Source of the DNA: Candidatus Saccharimonadota bacterium | GTDB lineage: Bacteria > Pseudomonadota > Gammaproteobacteria > Enterobacterales > Enterobacteriaceae_A | Length of the DNA: 32,000 bases | Assembly (NCBI GenBank): GCA_030849405.1 | Contig: CP116499.1 | Span: 180,001 to 212,000, forward strand | Direction of reading: 5' to 3' | Part shown: positions 18,615 to 28,500 of the stretch, piece by piece | How positions within the stretch are numbered: position 1 is the stretch's first letter | Layout: every line of letters begins with the position of its first letter | Notes under the pieces: model-generated | What the model saw: only the letters and a program-made list of their open reading frames with translations | What the model was told of the DNA's origin: nothing | Database searches by the model: none | Translations under genes and position numbers: made by a program

Positions 18615-18720
18615 AATTTGTTTTTTTCCAAAATATTTTAAATTTTTAATATTTATTTAAAATTATATATTTAATTATTATAAAATTTTATTTTATTAAA
18701 ATCTAAATAAATTAATATTT

Positions 18721-19581
18721 TTACATATTAATTAATGCATTTATACGATCATTTAAAGTTGGATGCGAATTTAAAAGATTATTAAATAAATTTAATTTAC
18801 TCCCATTTATATAAAATGCTATTAAATTTTTATTTATTAATGGTTTAGAACTAATTTTTAATCTATTTAATGCTGCAATCATATTTTTTTTACCTATAAT
18901 TTTAGCAGCACCAGCATCAGCACGAAATTCTCTATAACGTGAAAAACTCATAACTATAATATTAGCAAAAAAACCTAAAATTATTTCTAAACTTGTAAAA
19001 ATTGTAGATTGAATATTTAATAAAAAATTACTTTTTTTATTATTTTGTTTTTTATTACATATTAAATCAGAAATAATTTGTGAAAAAAATAATATAAATG
19101 TATTCATTATACCTTGTAATAACCCCATAGTAACCATATCACCATTAGAAATATGACAAATTTCATGTGCAATTACTGCTTCTATTTCATTTTTTTTCAT
19201 ATATTTAAATACACTATTACTTAAACCTATTAATGAATTATTAGAATTTGACCCCGTTGCGAAAGCATTTATATCATTTGATTTATATATAACTATCTCT
19301 GGTGTTTTTATATTATTTAATTTTGAAATATTAATAATAGTTTTAATTAACCATTTTTCTTTTTCATTAATTGGATATTTAATTAATTTATAATTAATTG
19401 AATTTAATGTAATTAATTTAGAAAATAATATTGATATAATTGAACCTGTAAATCCAAAAAAAGTCATTATTAATAAATAAATTATGTTATTATTATTTTG
19501 TAAACCAAATATTTTTAAAAAAATTCCAAAAATAACTACTACTAACAAATTTGTTAAAGTAAGTAATAAAATTCTTGTCAT
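18721..19581 (-). CDS. htpX: Membrane zinc metalloprotease HtpX
   Basis: 286 aa ORF with MTRILLLTLTNLLVVVIFG, INAFATG, EAVIAHEICHISNGDMVTM (HExxH), REFRADAG and HPTLNDRI, colinear with E. coli HtpX. Confidence 0.94.
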   Translation of the reverse strand: MTRILLLTLTNLLVVVIFGIFLKIFGLQNNNNIIYLLIMTFFGFTGSIISILFSKLITLNSINYKLIKYPINEKEKWLIKTIINISKLNNIKTPEIVIYKSNDINAFATGSNSNNSLIGLSNSVFKYMKKNEIEAVIAHEICHISNGDMVTMGLLQGIMNTFILFFSQIISDLICNKKQNNKKSNFLLNIQSTIFTSLEIILGFFANIIVMSFSRYREFRADAGAAKIIGKKNMIAALNRLKISSKPLINKNLIAFYINGSKLNLFNNLLNSHPTLNDRINALINM

Positions 19582-19627
19582 TATATTTTCCTTTTTAAAA
19601 TTAATTATTAATATTAATTAAATATAT

Positions 19628-19655
19628 ATTTTAAATTTATTTTTAAAAATGTCAA
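19628..19655 (-). promoter_or_regulatory. Putative sigma70 promoter of htpX (TTGACA-N16-TAAAAT)
   Basis: On the minus strand, TTGACA lies at 19655..19650, followed by a 16-nt spacer and TAAAAT at 19633..19628, about 45 nt upstream of the htpX ATG (19581). Confidence 0.55.
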
Positions 19656-19749
19656 GTATTATATTAATTAAAAATATATTTTAATTATATATTTATATTA
19701 TACTTGTTATTTTAAAAATAATTTTATATAAATTATTAAAATATTTTAT

Positions 19750-19823
19750 GCATCCTTAGCTCAGTTGGATAGAGCAACAGCCTTCTAAGTTGTAGGTCAC
19801 AGGTTCAATTCCTGTAGGATGTA
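19750..19823 (+). tRNA. argU: tRNA-Arg (anticodon TCT)
   Basis: GCATCCT TA GCTC AGTTGGATA GAGC A ACAGC CTTCTAA GTTGT AGGTC ACAGG TTCAATT CCTGT AGGATGT A. There is a G1-U72 wobble at the acceptor end and no encoded CCA. Confidence 0.88.
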
Positions 19824-19918
19824 AAATATTTAAATTTATATTTTAAAAATTAAATAAAATTTATTTAAATTATATAATTTTCAATAAATCATATCTAATA
19901 TTTTATTGGAACTAATAA

Positions 19919-20782
19919 ATGAAAATTAAGATAAATAATAACATATTATTATTAATATGTATTTTTTTTATAACACTTATACTTTTTTTTATAAGTATAT
20001 CTCCAATATTTTTAATTAATCCTAAAGGTATTATAAGTATATTAGAAAAAAAACTTATTATTACATCAATAATGTTAATGTTAATTATTATTACACCAGT
20101 ATTATTTATGACAATTTTTTTTTTTAATAAATACAATTATAAAAAAACCAATAAATATAATCCAAATTGGTGTAATTCTAAAAAAATAGAATTTTTAATA
20201 TGGATAATTCCAATTATTATTATTTTTATACTTTCTTTAATAACATTAAAAACAACATATATTCTTGATCCTTATAAACCTATAATTAATTCAAATAAAT
20301 CAATTGAAATTGAAGTAATATCTTTAGATTGGAAATGGTTATTCATTTATCCAAAAGAAAATTGTGCAACTATAAACGAAATTGCTTTTCCAAAAGATGT
20401 ACCTATTAACTTTAAAATTACTTCAAATTCGGTTATGAATTCTTTTTTTATACCTAAACTTGGTAGTCAAATTTATGCAATGGCTGGAATGCAAAGTAAA
20501 TTACATTTAATAAGTAATGAATCTGGTAATTATGAAGGTTTTTCTAGTAGTTTTAGTGGTAAAGGTTTTTCGAATATGAAATTTAATGTTATTGTAACTA
20601 AAAACAATGATGAATTTTATAAATGGATTAATTTAATTAAAAAATCTAAAAATACTATATTAAATAATGAAGAATTTAATTATATAAATAAACAAAGTGA
20701 AAATAATCCTATACAATATTTTTCTAAAATTAAAAATAACTTATTTAAAGAAATAATACTAAAATATATAAATAAAAATTAA
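19919..20782 (+). CDS. cyoA: Cytochrome bo3 ubiquinol oxidase subunit II
   Basis: 287 aa ORF with IEVISLDWKWLFIYPKENCATINEIAFPKDVPINFKITSNSVMNSFFIPKLGSQIYAMAGMQSKLHLI, very close to E. coli CyoA. Confidence 0.95.
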   Translation: MKIKINNNILLLICIFFITLILFFISISPIFLINPKGIISILEKKLIITSIMLMLIIITPVLFMTIFFFNKYNYKKTNKYNPNWCNSKKIEFLIWIIPIIIIFILSLITLKTTYILDPYKPIINSNKSIEIEVISLDWKWLFIYPKENCATINEIAFPKDVPINFKITSNSVMNSFFIPKLGSQIYAMAGMQSKLHLISNESGNYEGFSSSFSGKGFSNMKFNVIVTKNNDEFYKWINLIKKSKNTILNNEEFNYINKQSENNPIQYFSKIKNNLFKEIILKYINKN

Positions 20783-20830
20783 AAGTTGAAATAAATTTAA
20801 ATTACATAATTTTATAATAAGGAATAATTT

Positions 20831-22771
20831 ATGTTTGGAAAATTAACATTTGATGCAATTCCAATACATGAAACAATTATAATGTATACTTTAAGTATAG
20901 TATTTATATTATTTTTAATAATTATAATATTTATTACATATTTTAAAAAATGGAAATGGTTATGGAATAAATATTTAACATCATTAGATCATAAAAAAAT
21001 TGGTATTATGTATATTATAATGGCTATTATTATGTTTATTAGAGGTTTTGCAGATGCTTTAATGATGAGAAGTCAACAAGTTATAGTTTCATCAGGTAAA
21101 ATAGGTTTTTTATCATCAAATCATTATAATCAAATTTTTACAGCTCATGGTGTAATTATGATTTTTTTTATGGCTATGCCATTTATAATTGGTTTTATGA
21201 ATTTAATTATTCCTTTACAAATAGGTGCTAGAGATATTGCATTTCCTTTTTTAAATTCTTTAAGTTTTTGGTTATTTTTTAGTAGTTCATTATTAATTAA
21301 TATATCTCTTGGATTAGGTGAATTTGCTAAAACAGGTTGGTTAGCATATCCTCCATTATCAAATAATGAATATAGTCCTGGTGTTGGTGTTGATTATTGG
21401 ATTTGGAGTTTGCAAATATCTGGTATATCAACATTATTAACAGGTATAAATTTTATAGTTACTATATTAAAAATGAGAGCACCAGGAATGTCTTTAATGA
21501 AAATGCCTATTTTTACTTGGACATCATTATGTAGTAATATATTAATTATATTTTCATTTCCAATTCTTACAGTTACTATTGCTTTATTAACATTTGATAG
21601 ATATTTAGGAACACATTTTTTTACTAATAATATGGGTGGAAATATTATGATGTATATAAATTTAATTTGGGCATGGGGACATCCTGAAGTATATATATTA
21701 ATGTTACCTGCCTTTGGTATTTTTTCTGAAATAACAGCTACTTTTTCACAAAAAAAATTATTTGGTTATAAATCTTTAGTTTTTGCAACTATTGTAATTA
21801 CAATATTATCATTTATAGTTTGGTTACATCACTTTTTTACTATGGGTTCAGGTGCAAATATTAATTCTTTTTTTGGAATAACAACAATGATAATATCTAT
21901 ACCAACAGGAGTTAAAATATTTAATTGGCTTTTTACAATGTATAAAGGAAAAATTAAATATAGTTCTATTATGTTATGGACAATTGGTTTTATAATTTCC
22001 TTTTCTATTGGTGGAATGAGTGGTGTTTTATTATCTGTTCCAGGTATAAATTTTTATCTTCATAATAGTTTATTTTTAATTGCTCATTTTCATAATGTTA
22101 TTATTGGTGGTGTTGTTTTTGGATGTTTTGCTGGTATTACATATTGGTTTCCTAAATTTTTTGGTTTTAAATTAAATGAAAAATGGGGAATTAGAGCTTT
22201 TTGGTGTTGGTTTTTAGGATTTTTAATTGCCTTTTTACCTTTATATGCTTTAGGTTTAATGGGTATGACACGTAGATTAAGTCAAAATATAAATTCAAAT
22301 TTTCATTTACTTTTAGTTGTTTCAGCTATAGGAGTTTTAATAATTTTAATAGGTATTTTTTGTCAATTTATGCAATTCTATATAAGTATTTATAATAAAA
22401 AATATAATCTTAATAATATTCGAGATCCTTGGAATGGACGAACATTAGAATGGTTTACTTCTTCTCCACCTAAAATTTATAATTTTGCTGTTATTCCTAA
22501 AGTTTTAAATATTGATGCATTTTGGGATATTAAAAAAAAAAAAAATAAATTAAATATAATTAAAGAAATTAAAATTCCTAAAAATACATATATTGGTTTT
22601 TTAATTGGAATATTTAGTTTTATATTTGGTTTTTCAATGGTTTGGCATATTTGGTGGTTATCAATAATAAATTTATTTTTTATTATTATTACATTAATAA
22701 TTAAAAGTTTTAATATAACAGATTATTATAATATATCTATAGAAAAAATAAAAAAATATGAAGAAATTTAA
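20831..22771 (+). CDS. cyoB: Cytochrome bo3 ubiquinol oxidase subunit I
   Basis: 646 aa ORF. The heme-copper oxidase ligand histidines are recognisable ([39 protein letters not shown]). Confidence 0.97.
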   Translation: MFGKLTFDAIPIHETIIMYTLSIVFILFLIIIIFITYFKKWKWLWNKYLTSLDHKKIGIMYIIMAIIMFIRGFADALMMRSQQVIVSSGKIGFLSSNHYNQIFTAHGVIMIFFMAMPFIIGFMNLIIPLQIGARDIAFPFLNSLSFWLFFSSSLLINISLGLGEFAKTGWLAYPPLSNNEYSPGVGVDYWIWSLQISGISTLLTGINFIVTILKMRAPGMSLMKMPIFTWTSLCSNILIIFSFPILTVTIALLTFDRYLGTHFFTNNMGGNIMMYINLIWAWGHPEVYILMLPAFGIFSEITATFSQKKLFGYKSLVFATIVITILSFIVWLHHFFTMGSGANINSFFGITTMIISIPTGVKIFNWLFTMYKGKIKYSSIMLWTIGFIISFSIGGMSGVLLSVPGINFYLHNSLFLIAHFHNVIIGGVVFGCFAGITYWFPKFFGFKLNEKWGIRAFWCWFLGFLIAFLPLYALGLMGMTRRLSQNINSNFHLLLVVSAIGVLIILIGIFCQFMQFYISIYNKKYNLNNIRDPWNGRTLEWFTSSPPKIYNFAVIPKVLNIDAFWDIKKKKNKLNIIKEIKIPKNTYIGFLIGIFSFIFGFSMVWHIWWLSIINLFFIIITLIIKSFNITDYYNISIEKIKKYEEI

Positions 22772-22783
22772 AAGGACAAAAAT

Positions 22784-23404
22784 ATGATTAAAAATATTAT
22801 TATTAAAAAAACATTTTTAGAAAATAAATATAAAAATATAAATGATAAAATTATTTTAGGATTTTGGATTTATATTATTAGTGATTGTATTTTATTTGCT
22901 AGTTTATTTTCAGTTTATATAGTTTTAATGAATAATAAATTGGAATATTTATTAATTGAAAATATATTTAATTTTAAAAAAATATTTATAGAAACATTAA
23001 CTTTACTTTTAAGTGCTTTAACTTATGGTTTAGCAATGTCTAAAATTGAATTTAATAGTATTAATAATATTAAAAATATGATTAAATGGTTATTTATTAC
23101 TTTTTTATTAGGTTTTTTTTTTTTAATTATAGAATTTAATGAATTAGTTAATTTAATTAAAAATAATTTAGGACCAAATTATAATGCTTATATGTCTAGT
23201 TTTTTTTCTATTTTAGTTACTCATGGATTACATGTTTTTTTTGGCTTAATATGGATTTTAATTATTATTATTCAAATAAATAAATATGGTTTAACTTTAA
23301 TTAACAAAACTCGTTTAATTTGTTTAAGTTTATTTTGGCACTTTCTTGATATTATATGGATCTGTGTATTTACTATTATTTATTTTTTAAGTTATATAAA
23401 ATGA
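22784..23404 (+). CDS. cyoC: Cytochrome bo3 ubiquinol oxidase subunit III
   Basis: 206 aa polytopic membrane ORF in the operon position, with FGFWIYIISDCILFASLF and HGLHVFFGLIW motifs typical of CyoC. It ends with TGA. Confidence 0.9.
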   Translation: MIKNIIIKKTFLENKYKNINDKIILGFWIYIISDCILFASLFSVYIVLMNNKLEYLLIENIFNFKKIFIETLTLLLSALTYGLAMSKIEFNSINNIKNMIKWLFITFLLGFFFLIIEFNELVNLIKNNLGPNYNAYMSSFFSILVTHGLHVFFGLIWILIIIIQINKYGLTLINKTRLICLSLFWHFLDIIWICVFTIIYFLSYIK

Positions 23405-23739
23405 TTAAATTAACTAATAATAAAAATTATAAAAAATATAAATTTTATTCAATTAAAAATTATTATTTTGGTTTTATTTTATCTTTAATATGTACAATTA
23501 TTCCATTTATATTAATAAAATCTAAATTTTTTAATAAAACTATTAAAACATTTTTAATTATTATAATGTCAATTTTACAAATAATTATACATTTTAAATT
23601 TTTTTTACATATAAATAATTCAAATCAAGAAAAAATTAATTTAATTACATTAATTTTTACAATAATTATAATTTTAATACTTGTAGTAGGTTCAACATTT
23701 ATAATGTTTAATTTAAATAAAAATATGTTATTAATGTAA
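23401..23739 (+). CDS. cyoD: Cytochrome bo3 ubiquinol oxidase subunit IV
   Basis: I place the start at ATG 23401, overlapping the cyoC stop as ATGA. This gives 112 aa (E. coli CyoD is 109 aa). GFILSLICTIIPF and the C-terminal IILILVVGSTFIMFNLNKNM are colinear with E. coli GFILSIILTVIPF...IAILVVGSIWIMWNLNYNM. The longer ORF-track start at 23356 lies inside cyoC. Confidence 0.85.
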   Translation: MIKLTNNKNYKKYKFYSIKNYYFGFILSLICTIIPFILIKSKFFNKTIKTFLIIIMSILQIIIHFKFFLHINNSNQEKINLITLIFTIIIILILVVGSTFIMFNLNKNMLLM

Positions 23740-23768
23740 ATATTTTAATAATTAATTAATAATTTAAA

Positions 23769-25058
23769 ATGAATTTCTTAAAAAATATGAAATATTTTAA
23801 TATAATAAATAAACTTAAAAAAAGATTTTTAATTAATCAAATTACAGAAATTAAAGAACTTACAAAATTGTTATCAAAAAAAAAAATATCATTATATTGT
23901 GGTTTTGATCCCACATCTGATAGTTTACATGTTGGTCACTTAATACCACTTATATTATTAAAAAAATTTCAATTATTTGGTCATAAACCCATAATATTAA
24001 TAGGGGGAGCTACTAGTTTAATAGGTGATCCAAGTTTTAAAAAAAAAGAGCGTAAATTAAATAAATTAAAACATATCACCTATTGGACACAAAAAATAAA
24101 AAAACAAATAGAAAAAATTTTAGATTTTAATTGTTTTTCAAATAATGCTATATTAGTAAATAATTACAATTGGTTTAAAAATATGAATATTTTAAGTTTT
24201 TTAAAAAATATAGGTAAATTTTTTAAAATTAATAAAATGATAAATAAAGAATTTATTAAAAAACGTTTAAATTGTAAAAATAGTATATCTTTTACAGAAT
24301 TTTCATATAATATTTTACAAAGTTTTGATTTTTTAAAATTATATAAAAAATATAAAGTATGTTTACAAATTGGAGGTTCAGATCAATGGGGTAATATTAT
24401 TTCAGGTATTGATTTAGTTAATTATATTTGTAAAAAAAAAGTATATGGTATAACTTTACCATTGATTACTAATTCTAATGGTATTAAATTTGGTAAAACA
24501 GAAAATGAAACAATTTGGTTATCTAAAAAAAAAACTAGTCCATATAAATTTTATCAATTTTGGTTAAATGTAAGTGATAATAATGTTTACAAATTTTTAA
24601 AAATGTTTACTTTTATAAGTTTAAAAAAAATTGATGATTTAGAAAAAAAAGAAAAAAATCAAATTTCAAAACCAAAAGCACAAATCATTTTAGCTAAAGA
24701 AATTACATTTATGATTCATGGTAAAAAAGAATTAAATAATGTTGAAAATATTACAAAATGTTTATTTACTGGAATGTTTAATAATATGACTAAATTTAAT
24801 TTTTTACAATTAGAAAAAGATGGTATGCCTAAAATATTTTTAAAAAAAAAAACTAGTTTTATAAAATCTATTATTAATGCAAATTTTTGTTCTTCTTATA
24901 CTTCAGCATATAATATGATAAAATCAAATTCTATTAGTATAAATAATAAAAAACAATTAAATTATAAATATATTTATAAGAATAGTGATATTTTATATAA
25001 TCGTTATACTATAATTAAAAAAGGAAAAAAAAATTTTTGTTTAATAGTATGGAAATAA
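23769..25058 (+). CDS. tyrS: Tyrosine--tRNA ligase
   Basis: 429 aa ORF with YCGFDPTSDSLHVGHLIPL (HIGH), GGSDQWGNI, KFGKTE (KMSKS-equivalent) and a C-terminal S4-like region. Confidence 0.94.
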   Translation: MNFLKNMKYFNIINKLKKRFLINQITEIKELTKLLSKKKISLYCGFDPTSDSLHVGHLIPLILLKKFQLFGHKPIILIGGATSLIGDPSFKKKERKLNKLKHITYWTQKIKKQIEKILDFNCFSNNAILVNNYNWFKNMNILSFLKNIGKFFKINKMINKEFIKKRLNCKNSISFTEFSYNILQSFDFLKLYKKYKVCLQIGGSDQWGNIISGIDLVNYICKKKVYGITLPLITNSNGIKFGKTENETIWLSKKKTSPYKFYQFWLNVSDNNVYKFLKMFTFISLKKIDDLEKKEKNQISKPKAQIILAKEITFMIHGKKELNNVENITKCLFTGMFNNMTKFNFLQLEKDGMPKIFLKKKTSFIKSIINANFCSSYTSAYNMIKSNSISINNKKQLNYKYIYKNSDILYNRYTIIKKGKKNFCLIVWK

Positions 25059-25062
25059 TTAT

Positions 25063-26664
25063 TTAAATATGTTTAAATAATTTAATAAATTTTTTAATTT
25101 TATGTCCCAATAAAGGTTTTTTAATTCCTAACCAAGTTAATTTAATATTTAAAAAAAATTCATTTTTTAAAATAAAATTAGGTAATATAGGTTTTAAATA
25201 TGTAATTATAATTTTAAATAAATTTATTCCTATAGAACAAATTTTATGTAATTTATTATATTTTTTTTTTTTAAGTAAAAACCATGGTTTTCTAATATTA
25301 ATATAAAAATTAGCTAAATCAATTAATTTCATAATTAAATTTGTTACATAATTAAATTTTATATTTAAAAAAAATTTAGATATTTTTTTTGATTCTTGTA
25401 TAAAAATTTTATAAATTTTAGAATTTCTAAATAATTTTGATAATTTATTATTATAATAATTATTAATAAAAAATGAATTTCTAGAAATAAAATTTGCTAA
25501 TTTATTAACAAGATCATTATTTATTTTTTTTAAAAAATCTTTAATATTAAAATTAATATCATTTATAGAATTAGATAATTTATTTGCATAATAGTAACGT
25601 AAAAAATCAGTATTATATTTTATAAAATAAGATTTAGCTTTAATATAAATTTTTTTTGATTTTGACATTTTATTATTATTTATTGTAATATATCCATGTA
25701 TAAATAGCTTTGTTGGTTTTCTTAATTTACTTCCTTCTAAAATAGATGACCAAAATAAACTATGAAAATAAACAATATCTTTACCAATAAAATGATATAA
25801 TTTAATTTTTGATTTTTTATACCAAAATTTATCAAAATTTTTTATTTTATTATAATTACATAATTTTTTAAAAGTACTTATATAACCAATTAACGCATCA
25901 AACCAAACATAAAAAAATTTGTTTTTAATATTTTTAATTTTAAAACCAAAATATGGTTTATTTCTTGAAATATTCCAAGATTTAATACCTTGTTTAAACC
26001 ATTCTAATAATTTATTTAATATTTGTTTGTTTATTATTCCAGACTTTATCCATTTATTTATTTTTTTTTTAAATAAAGATAAATTTAAAAAAAAATGTTT
26101 TGTTTTTTTAATTATTGGTTTTAAATTAGTTAATGTTGATTTTGGTTTAATTAAATCTGTAGATTTATAAAATGCTCCACAAATTTCACAATTATCTCCA
26201 TATTGATTTTTAGAATAACATTTAGGACATTTTCCTTTAATAAAACGATCTGATAAAAAAATTTTTGCTTTTTTATCATATAATTGTGTACATTTTTTTT
26301 TTTTTATATATCCATTATGTTTAAGACGATCAAATAAAATATTTAATAATAATCTATTTTCTTTATTATGAGTATAAAAATATTTATCATATATAATATT
26401 AAATTTTTTAAAATCTAATATATGTCTTTTGTATATTTTTAAAATTATATTTTCTGGTTTTTTTTTTTTTTCTTTTGATTTTAACATTATTGCTGTTCCA
26501 TGATTATCATCAGAACATATAAAATATACTTTTTTACCAATTAATTTATTATAACGTACCCATATATCAGCTTGAATATGTTCTAATAAATGACCAATAT
26601 GAATAGAACCATTTGAATATGGAAATGCACATGTTACTATTATTTTTTTTTTTTTTTTAATCAT
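25063..26664 (-). CDS. metG: Methionine--tRNA ligase (short form lacking the C-terminal appended domain)
   Basis: 533 aa ORF with VTCAFPYSNGSIHIGHLLE (HIGH), the zinc knuckle CPKCYSKNQYGDNCEICG and KMSKSK. Confidence 0.94.
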   Translation of the reverse strand: MIKKKKKIIVTCAFPYSNGSIHIGHLLEHIQADIWVRYNKLIGKKVYFICSDDNHGTAIMLKSKEKKKKPENIILKIYKRHILDFKKFNIIYDKYFYTHNKENRLLLNILFDRLKHNGYIKKKKCTQLYDKKAKIFLSDRFIKGKCPKCYSKNQYGDNCEICGAFYKSTDLIKPKSTLTNLKPIIKKTKHFFLNLSLFKKKINKWIKSGIINKQILNKLLEWFKQGIKSWNISRNKPYFGFKIKNIKNKFFYVWFDALIGYISTFKKLCNYNKIKNFDKFWYKKSKIKLYHFIGKDIVYFHSLFWSSILEGSKLRKPTKLFIHGYITINNNKMSKSKKIYIKAKSYFIKYNTDFLRYYYANKLSNSINDINFNIKDFLKKINNDLVNKLANFISRNSFFINNYYNNKLSKLFRNSKIYKIFIQESKKISKFFLNIKFNYVTNLIMKLIDLANFYINIRKPWFLLKKKKYNKLHKICSIGINLFKIIITYLKPILPNFILKNEFFLNIKLTWLGIKKPLLGHKIKKFIKLFKHI

Positions 26665-26757
26665 TTTTTTAAAAAAATAAAAATTATTTAAAAAATTAAA
26701 TATAATTAATAAAATTAAATATTATTTTAAATACTAAATAACTTTGTTTAAAACAAA

Positions 26758-28395
26758 ATGAAAATATATTATTTATTTATTTTAAATATTTTAAATTATA
26801 TATATAAATTAATAAAAAAAGTATTTTTGAAATTATTTATTATAATTTCAATTTTTTTTTTTTTTTTAATTTTTATTATATATAAAGAAAATAAAAATTT
26901 AAATAATGATGAAAAAAAAGCTTTATTATTTAATATTAATGGTATTATTTTTGAAAATAATAATAATAATTTATGGGGTAAATTTGGACTATCATTATTT
27001 GGGATTAAACAAAAAAAATTTTTAACAAATACATTATTTAATATAGTTAAAATTATTTATTTAGCTAGTAATAATAAAAACATTGTAGGTATAGTATTAA
27101 AATTAAATAAATTTTTAGGTGCTGATCAAGTATCTTTAGAATATATAGGTAAAGCATTAAATCAATTTAAAAAAAAAGGTAAATATATTTATGCTATTAG
27201 TGATAATTATAAATTAGCACAATATTATTTAGCTAGTTATGCAAATAAAATTTTTATATATCCTGAAGGTTTAATAGATTTATATGGTTTAAATAATGAT
27301 AAAATTTACTATAAGTCTTTATTAAATAAATTAAAAATAAATTCACATATTTTTAAAATAGGATTAAATAAAACAGCAATAGAATCAAATATATATGATA
27401 ATATGCCTAAAAAAACAAAAAAAATAGAAAAAAAAATATATAGTAAATTATGGTTGAATTATATTTATGATATTTCAATAAATAGAAAAATAAAACCTTA
27501 TAAATTAATTTTTAAAAAAAATTTTTATAAAAATATTTTACGTAAACAAGATATTAGTAAATATAATTTAAAATATAAAATTATTGATAAAATATTATCT
27601 TATAAAAAAATTAAAGAAGAATTTATTAAAATATTTGGTTTAAATAAAAAAAGAAACAATTATAAATTTATTAATTTTTATAAATATAAAATTAAAAAAT
27701 TAATTGACAATAATAACGTTATATCAGTAATTTTTATTAATGGTAAGATTTTAAATTATAATAATTCATATAAAAATGTATGTAGTTCAATTATTATAAA
27801 CAAATTAAAAAAAGCGAGGTTTAATTCTAAAGTTAAAGCAGTAATTTTAAGAATAAATAGTCCTGGTGGTAGTATTAACGCTTCTGAAAACATAAGAAAT
27901 GAAATTTTAAATTTAAAACTTTCTGGTAAACCTGTAATTGTATCTATGAGTAATTTAACTGCTTCTGGGGGTTATTGGGTTTCAATACCTGCAAATATTA
28001 TAATTGCAGATAAAAATACTATTACTGGTTCTATAGGTATTTTTAGTATAATAAATACATATGAAAAAATTTTAAATTTTATAGGAATAAATTATGATAG
28101 TTTAAATTTATTTCCTAATTTAAATTTAAAATATAATAAATCATTAACACCTTATACTTCAAAAATAATAGAATTAAATATTAAAAGTGGTTATGAACAT
28201 TTTATAAAATTAATTTCTAAAAATAGACATTTAACACCTATTGAAGTAAATCATATAGCACAAGGTCAATTATTTATAGGAGAAGATGCAAAAAAAAAAA
28301 AACTTGTTGATAAAATTGGAGATTTTGATTATGCTGTAAAACAAGCTGTTATAATATCTGGATTAAAAAAATGGCATTTAAATTGGGTTATATAA
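26758..28395 (+). CDS. sppA: Signal peptide peptidase SppA (protease IV), 67K type
   Basis: 545 aa ORF with an N-terminal TM segment. HIFKIGLNKTAIES matches E. coli HVFRVGTYKSAVEP (catalytic Lys region). VKAVILRINSPGGSINASE...LTASGGYWVS matches the E. coli catalytic Ser region, and the C-terminal KKWHLNWV matches KQWHLEYYV. Confidence 0.9.
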   Translation: MKIYYLFILNILNYIYKLIKKVFLKLFIIISIFFFFLIFIIYKENKNLNNDEKKALLFNINGIIFENNNNNLWGKFGLSLFGIKQKKFLTNTLFNIVKIIYLASNNKNIVGIVLKLNKFLGADQVSLEYIGKALNQFKKKGKYIYAISDNYKLAQYYLASYANKIFIYPEGLIDLYGLNNDKIYYKSLLNKLKINSHIFKIGLNKTAIESNIYDNMPKKTKKIEKKIYSKLWLNYIYDISINRKIKPYKLIFKKNFYKNILRKQDISKYNLKYKIIDKILSYKKIKEEFIKIFGLNKKRNNYKFINFYKYKIKKLIDNNNVISVIFINGKILNYNNSYKNVCSSIIINKLKKARFNSKVKAVILRINSPGGSINASENIRNEILNLKLSGKPVIVSMSNLTASGGYWVSIPANIIIADKNTITGSIGIFSIINTYEKILNFIGINYDSLNLFPNLNLKYNKSLTPYTSKIIELNIKSGYEHFIKLISKNRHLTPIEVNHIAQGQLFIGEDAKKKKLVDKIGDFDYAVKQAVIISGLKKWHLNWVI

Positions 28396-28500
28396 AAATT
28401 AAAAATCAGTTTTTAAAAAATAATTTTAATATTTAAAAATTTATTTAAAAATATATACTATATTAAATTAATATTTAATAATATTTAATTTAGGAAAAAA

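Noticed and set aside
23356-23400. Extended cyoD start (MDLCIYYYLFFKLYK...) given by the ORF track.
   Set aside because: The extension overlaps the 3' end of cyoC in another frame. Starting at ATG 23401 (ATGA overlap with the cyoC stop) gives a 112-aa protein that matches the length and N-terminus of CyoD.
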